From contig CAJIZV010000003.1 of assembly GCA_905181935.1 (NCBI GenBank), positions 64,848-128,847 on the forward strand: a DNA stretch of 64,000 bases, read 5' to 3'. The notes under the pieces were generated by a model. It did not search any database. It was not told the DNA's origin and saw nothing but the letters and a program-made list of their open reading frames with translations. Positions 62,086 to 64,000 of the stretch are shown here, in pieces; the first letter of the stretch is position 1, and each line of letters starts with the position of its first letter. This DNA is from an uncultured Amylibacter sp. Lineage in GTDB: Bacteria; Pseudomonadota; Alphaproteobacteria; Rhodobacterales; Rhodobacteraceae. Position numbers and translations under genes: made by a program.

Positions 62086-63387
62086 ATGACTAATTTTTTT
62101 AATGGAATTCCCAAAATTAATTATGAAGGCCCTAATTCTGAAAATGATTTTGCCTTTCGTCACTATAACTCAGACGAGGTGGTTATGGGTAAGCCCTTAA
62201 AAGAGCATTTACGCTTTGCTATAGCCTATTGGCATTCATTTGCCTGGGAAGGCGGCGACCCCTTTGGTGAGCGGACGTTTGACCGCCCTTGGTTTGGATC
62301 TGAGATGGATTTGGCTAAGCTTAAGGCTGATGTTGCATTTGAAATGTTTGAAAAATTAGGCGCACCTTTCTTTTGTTTCCACGATGCTGACGTTCGACCT
62401 GAAGGTGCTAATTTTTCTGAAAATACACGAAATCTAGAAGAAATCGTTGATTACTTTGCTGCTAAGATGGAATTTTCTGAAACCAAATTACTTTGGGGTA
62501 CGGCAAATTTATTTTCTCACCGCCGTTATATGTCTGGTGCTGCCACTAACCCTGATCCAGATGTTTTTGCGTTTAGTGCGGCAACTATAAAGACCTGTAT
62601 GGACGCTACTCATAAGCTAAAGGGGCAAAATTATGTTCTTTGGGGTGGCCGTGAAGGATATGAGACACTACTGAATACTGACTTGGGCCGTGAACGCAAA
62701 CAAGCGGGGCGTATGTTGCAAATGGCAGTAGACTATAAGTACAAAATTGGTTTCAAAGGATCGATTTTGATTGAACCTAAGCCACAAGAGCCAATGAAGC
62801 ATCAATATGATTATGATGTGGCAACAGTGTATGGCTTTCTTAAGGAGTTTGGGCTTGAAGATGAGGTTCAGGTTAATATTGAGCAAGGGCACGCAATTCT
62901 TGCTGGGCATTCGTTTGAACATGAATTAGCGCATGCGCGTGAACTTGGAATTTTTGGTTCAATTGATATGAATCGAAATGATTATCAGTCTGGCTGGGAT
63001 ACAGATCAGTTTCCCAATAATGTTCCTGAAGTAGCTCTTGCCTACTACGAAGTGCTAAAGGCTGGTGGTTTCACAACTGGTGGTACAAACTTTGATTCTA
63101 AACTCCGCCGCCAATCGCTTGATGCAGAAGATTTAATTTTGAGTCATGTTGGAGCTATGGATGTTTGTGCTGCTGGCCTAAAAGCTGCTGCCAAAATGTT
63201 TGAAGATGGAAAGCTCGAAGCTGAACGCGATGCTAGATATGAAGGATGGGATACTCCTGACGGTAAGGCGCTTATGCAAAGTGACTTAGAAGCCATTGCT
63301 GATAAAGTCGTTTCGGGCGACATTAATCCCAAGCCACGTTCAGGTCGACAAGAGCGACTTGAAAATTTAGTGAATCGATATATCTAA
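62086..63387 (+). CDS. xylA: xylose isomerase
   Basis: Canonical XylA sequence ([24 protein letters not shown]-type metal ligands). I chose the ATG at 62086 (MTNFF). Confidence 0.95.
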   Translation: MTNFFNGIPKINYEGPNSENDFAFRHYNSDEVVMGKPLKEHLRFAIAYWHSFAWEGGDPFGERTFDRPWFGSEMDLAKLKADVAFEMFEKLGAPFFCFHDADVRPEGANFSENTRNLEEIVDYFAAKMEFSETKLLWGTANLFSHRRYMSGAATNPDPDVFAFSAATIKTCMDATHKLKGQNYVLWGGREGYETLLNTDLGRERKQAGRMLQMAVDYKYKIGFKGSILIEPKPQEPMKHQYDYDVATVYGFLKEFGLEDEVQVNIEQGHAILAGHSFEHELAHARELGIFGSIDMNRNDYQSGWDTDQFPNNVPEVALAYYEVLKAGGFTTGGTNFDSKLRRQSLDAEDLILSHVGAMDVCAAGLKAAAKMFEDGKLEAERDARYEGWDTPDGKALMQSDLEAIADKVVSGDINPKPRSGRQERLENLVNRYI

Positions 63388-63705
63388 GGACAGTCGGAAT
63401 CCAATTAGGCACATGCTTAAAGTCATATTGGGTATTAAATATTAGAATTTTTAGCAGTCTCTTTATGATAACTAAAGAAGAAAAATGCATAAAAAAGCTC
63501 AAGTATAATAGTGTTATTATATTACTGGAAAAGCTGTTTTCGAATTGGTCATCCTCGCTCGTGAAATAGGTGATTATCAAGAATTGAAACAGAGGCTTTT
63601 TTTGACGATAAAAATATAAACATCTGCTGTTATGGACTAAACCAAGGTAACTGTGAGTGATACGGCAATTGCTTTTGTACAAACTTCATAAATTTTCATT
63701 TAGAC

Positions 63706-64000
63706 CTAAAAGTTACTCTCAACGGTTAATGCAACACCCATACCACCGCCGATACACAAAGTTGCTAAGCCTTTTGATAAACTATTACGCTTCATTTCAT
63801 GTAATAAAGTAACTAATATACGACAGCCCGATGCTCCTATGGGATGACCGATAGCAATGGCGCCACCGTTTACATTAACAATTTTGGGGTCCCAGCCCAT
63901 TTCTTGATTTACAGCGATTGCTTGTGCCGCAAAAGCTTCGTTGGCTTCAACCAAATCTAAATCATTAGCTTTCCAGCCAGCCTTACGTAACGCTTCAATG
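63706..64000 (-). CDS. acetyl-CoA C-acetyltransferase (thiolase), C-terminal fragment truncated by the window edge
   Basis: [31 protein letters not shown] and CIGGGMG motifs. The reading frame stays open to position 64000. Confidence 0.85.
   Translation of the reverse strand, partial: IEALRKAGWKANDLDLVEANEAFAAQAIAVNQEMGWDPKIVNVNGGAIAIGHPIGASGCRILVTLLHEMKRNSLSKGLATLCIGGGMGVALTVESNF

Noticed and set aside
63323-63682. 119-aa minus-strand ORF in the AT-rich spacer after xylA
   Set aside because: It overlaps the xylA 3' end, is Phe/Ile/Leu/Tyr-rich as expected from AT-rich non-coding DNA, and has no start context or family resemblance.

Overview
The window is an AT-rich, densely coding, mostly housekeeping stretch of an alphaproteobacterial chromosome. 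The 16S sequence and gene order look Rhodobacterales-like, but I could not confirm this by search.

Gene content, left to right:
- A minus-strand cobalt/cobalamin operon (hupE-cobW-GNAT-cobN-cobO) behind a clear cobalamin riboswitch.
- smc, an aldehyde dehydrogenase and ridA.
- The rbfA-truB-rpsO-pnp translation cluster, interrupted by a DUF1643 gene and a DMT transporter gene.
- dapB, a DUF1674 mini-protein, rsmB, a heparinase II/III-like protein, purH and lspA.
- A lipoprotein, two M16 peptidases, mutL and a DUF3422 protein.
- An ECF sigma-E/ChrR-type module, divergent from a tightly packed six-gene lipid-modification-type operon (FAD oxidoreductase, DUF1365, secreted protein, MFS, DUF3833-like, SDR).
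- A stand-alone formate-dehydrogenase-alpha-like molybdoenzyme and a WGR mini-protein.
- rpmJ (missed by the ORF track), tRNA-Val, an N-formylglutamate amidohydrolase-like gene, dinB, pyrF and msrPQ.
- A complete rRNA operon (16S, tRNA-Ile, tRNA-Ala, 23S, 5S), then a DUF1989-like gene sitting before the initiator tRNA-Met.
- A di-haem cytochrome c peroxidase, a secreted FG-GAP/ASPIC protein coupled to a ROK regulator, xylFHG-xylA, and a truncated thiolase at the right edge.

I found no CRISPR array, transposase, integrase, phage, toxin-antitoxin or defence-island-like content, so I cannot honestly claim a new multi-gene system here.

The observations most worth following up:
- The mirror-image TGATCC-N16-CGTAA promoter pair, together with a ChrR homologue that has lost the zinc-binding anti-sigma motif.
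- The protein-coding gene and perfect palindromes lodged between the 5S rRNA and tRNA-fMet.
- A 27-bp inverted repeat that includes the tRNA-fMet 3' end.
- Insertions in 23S helices.
- A ROK regulator translationally coupled to a secreted FG-GAP protein.
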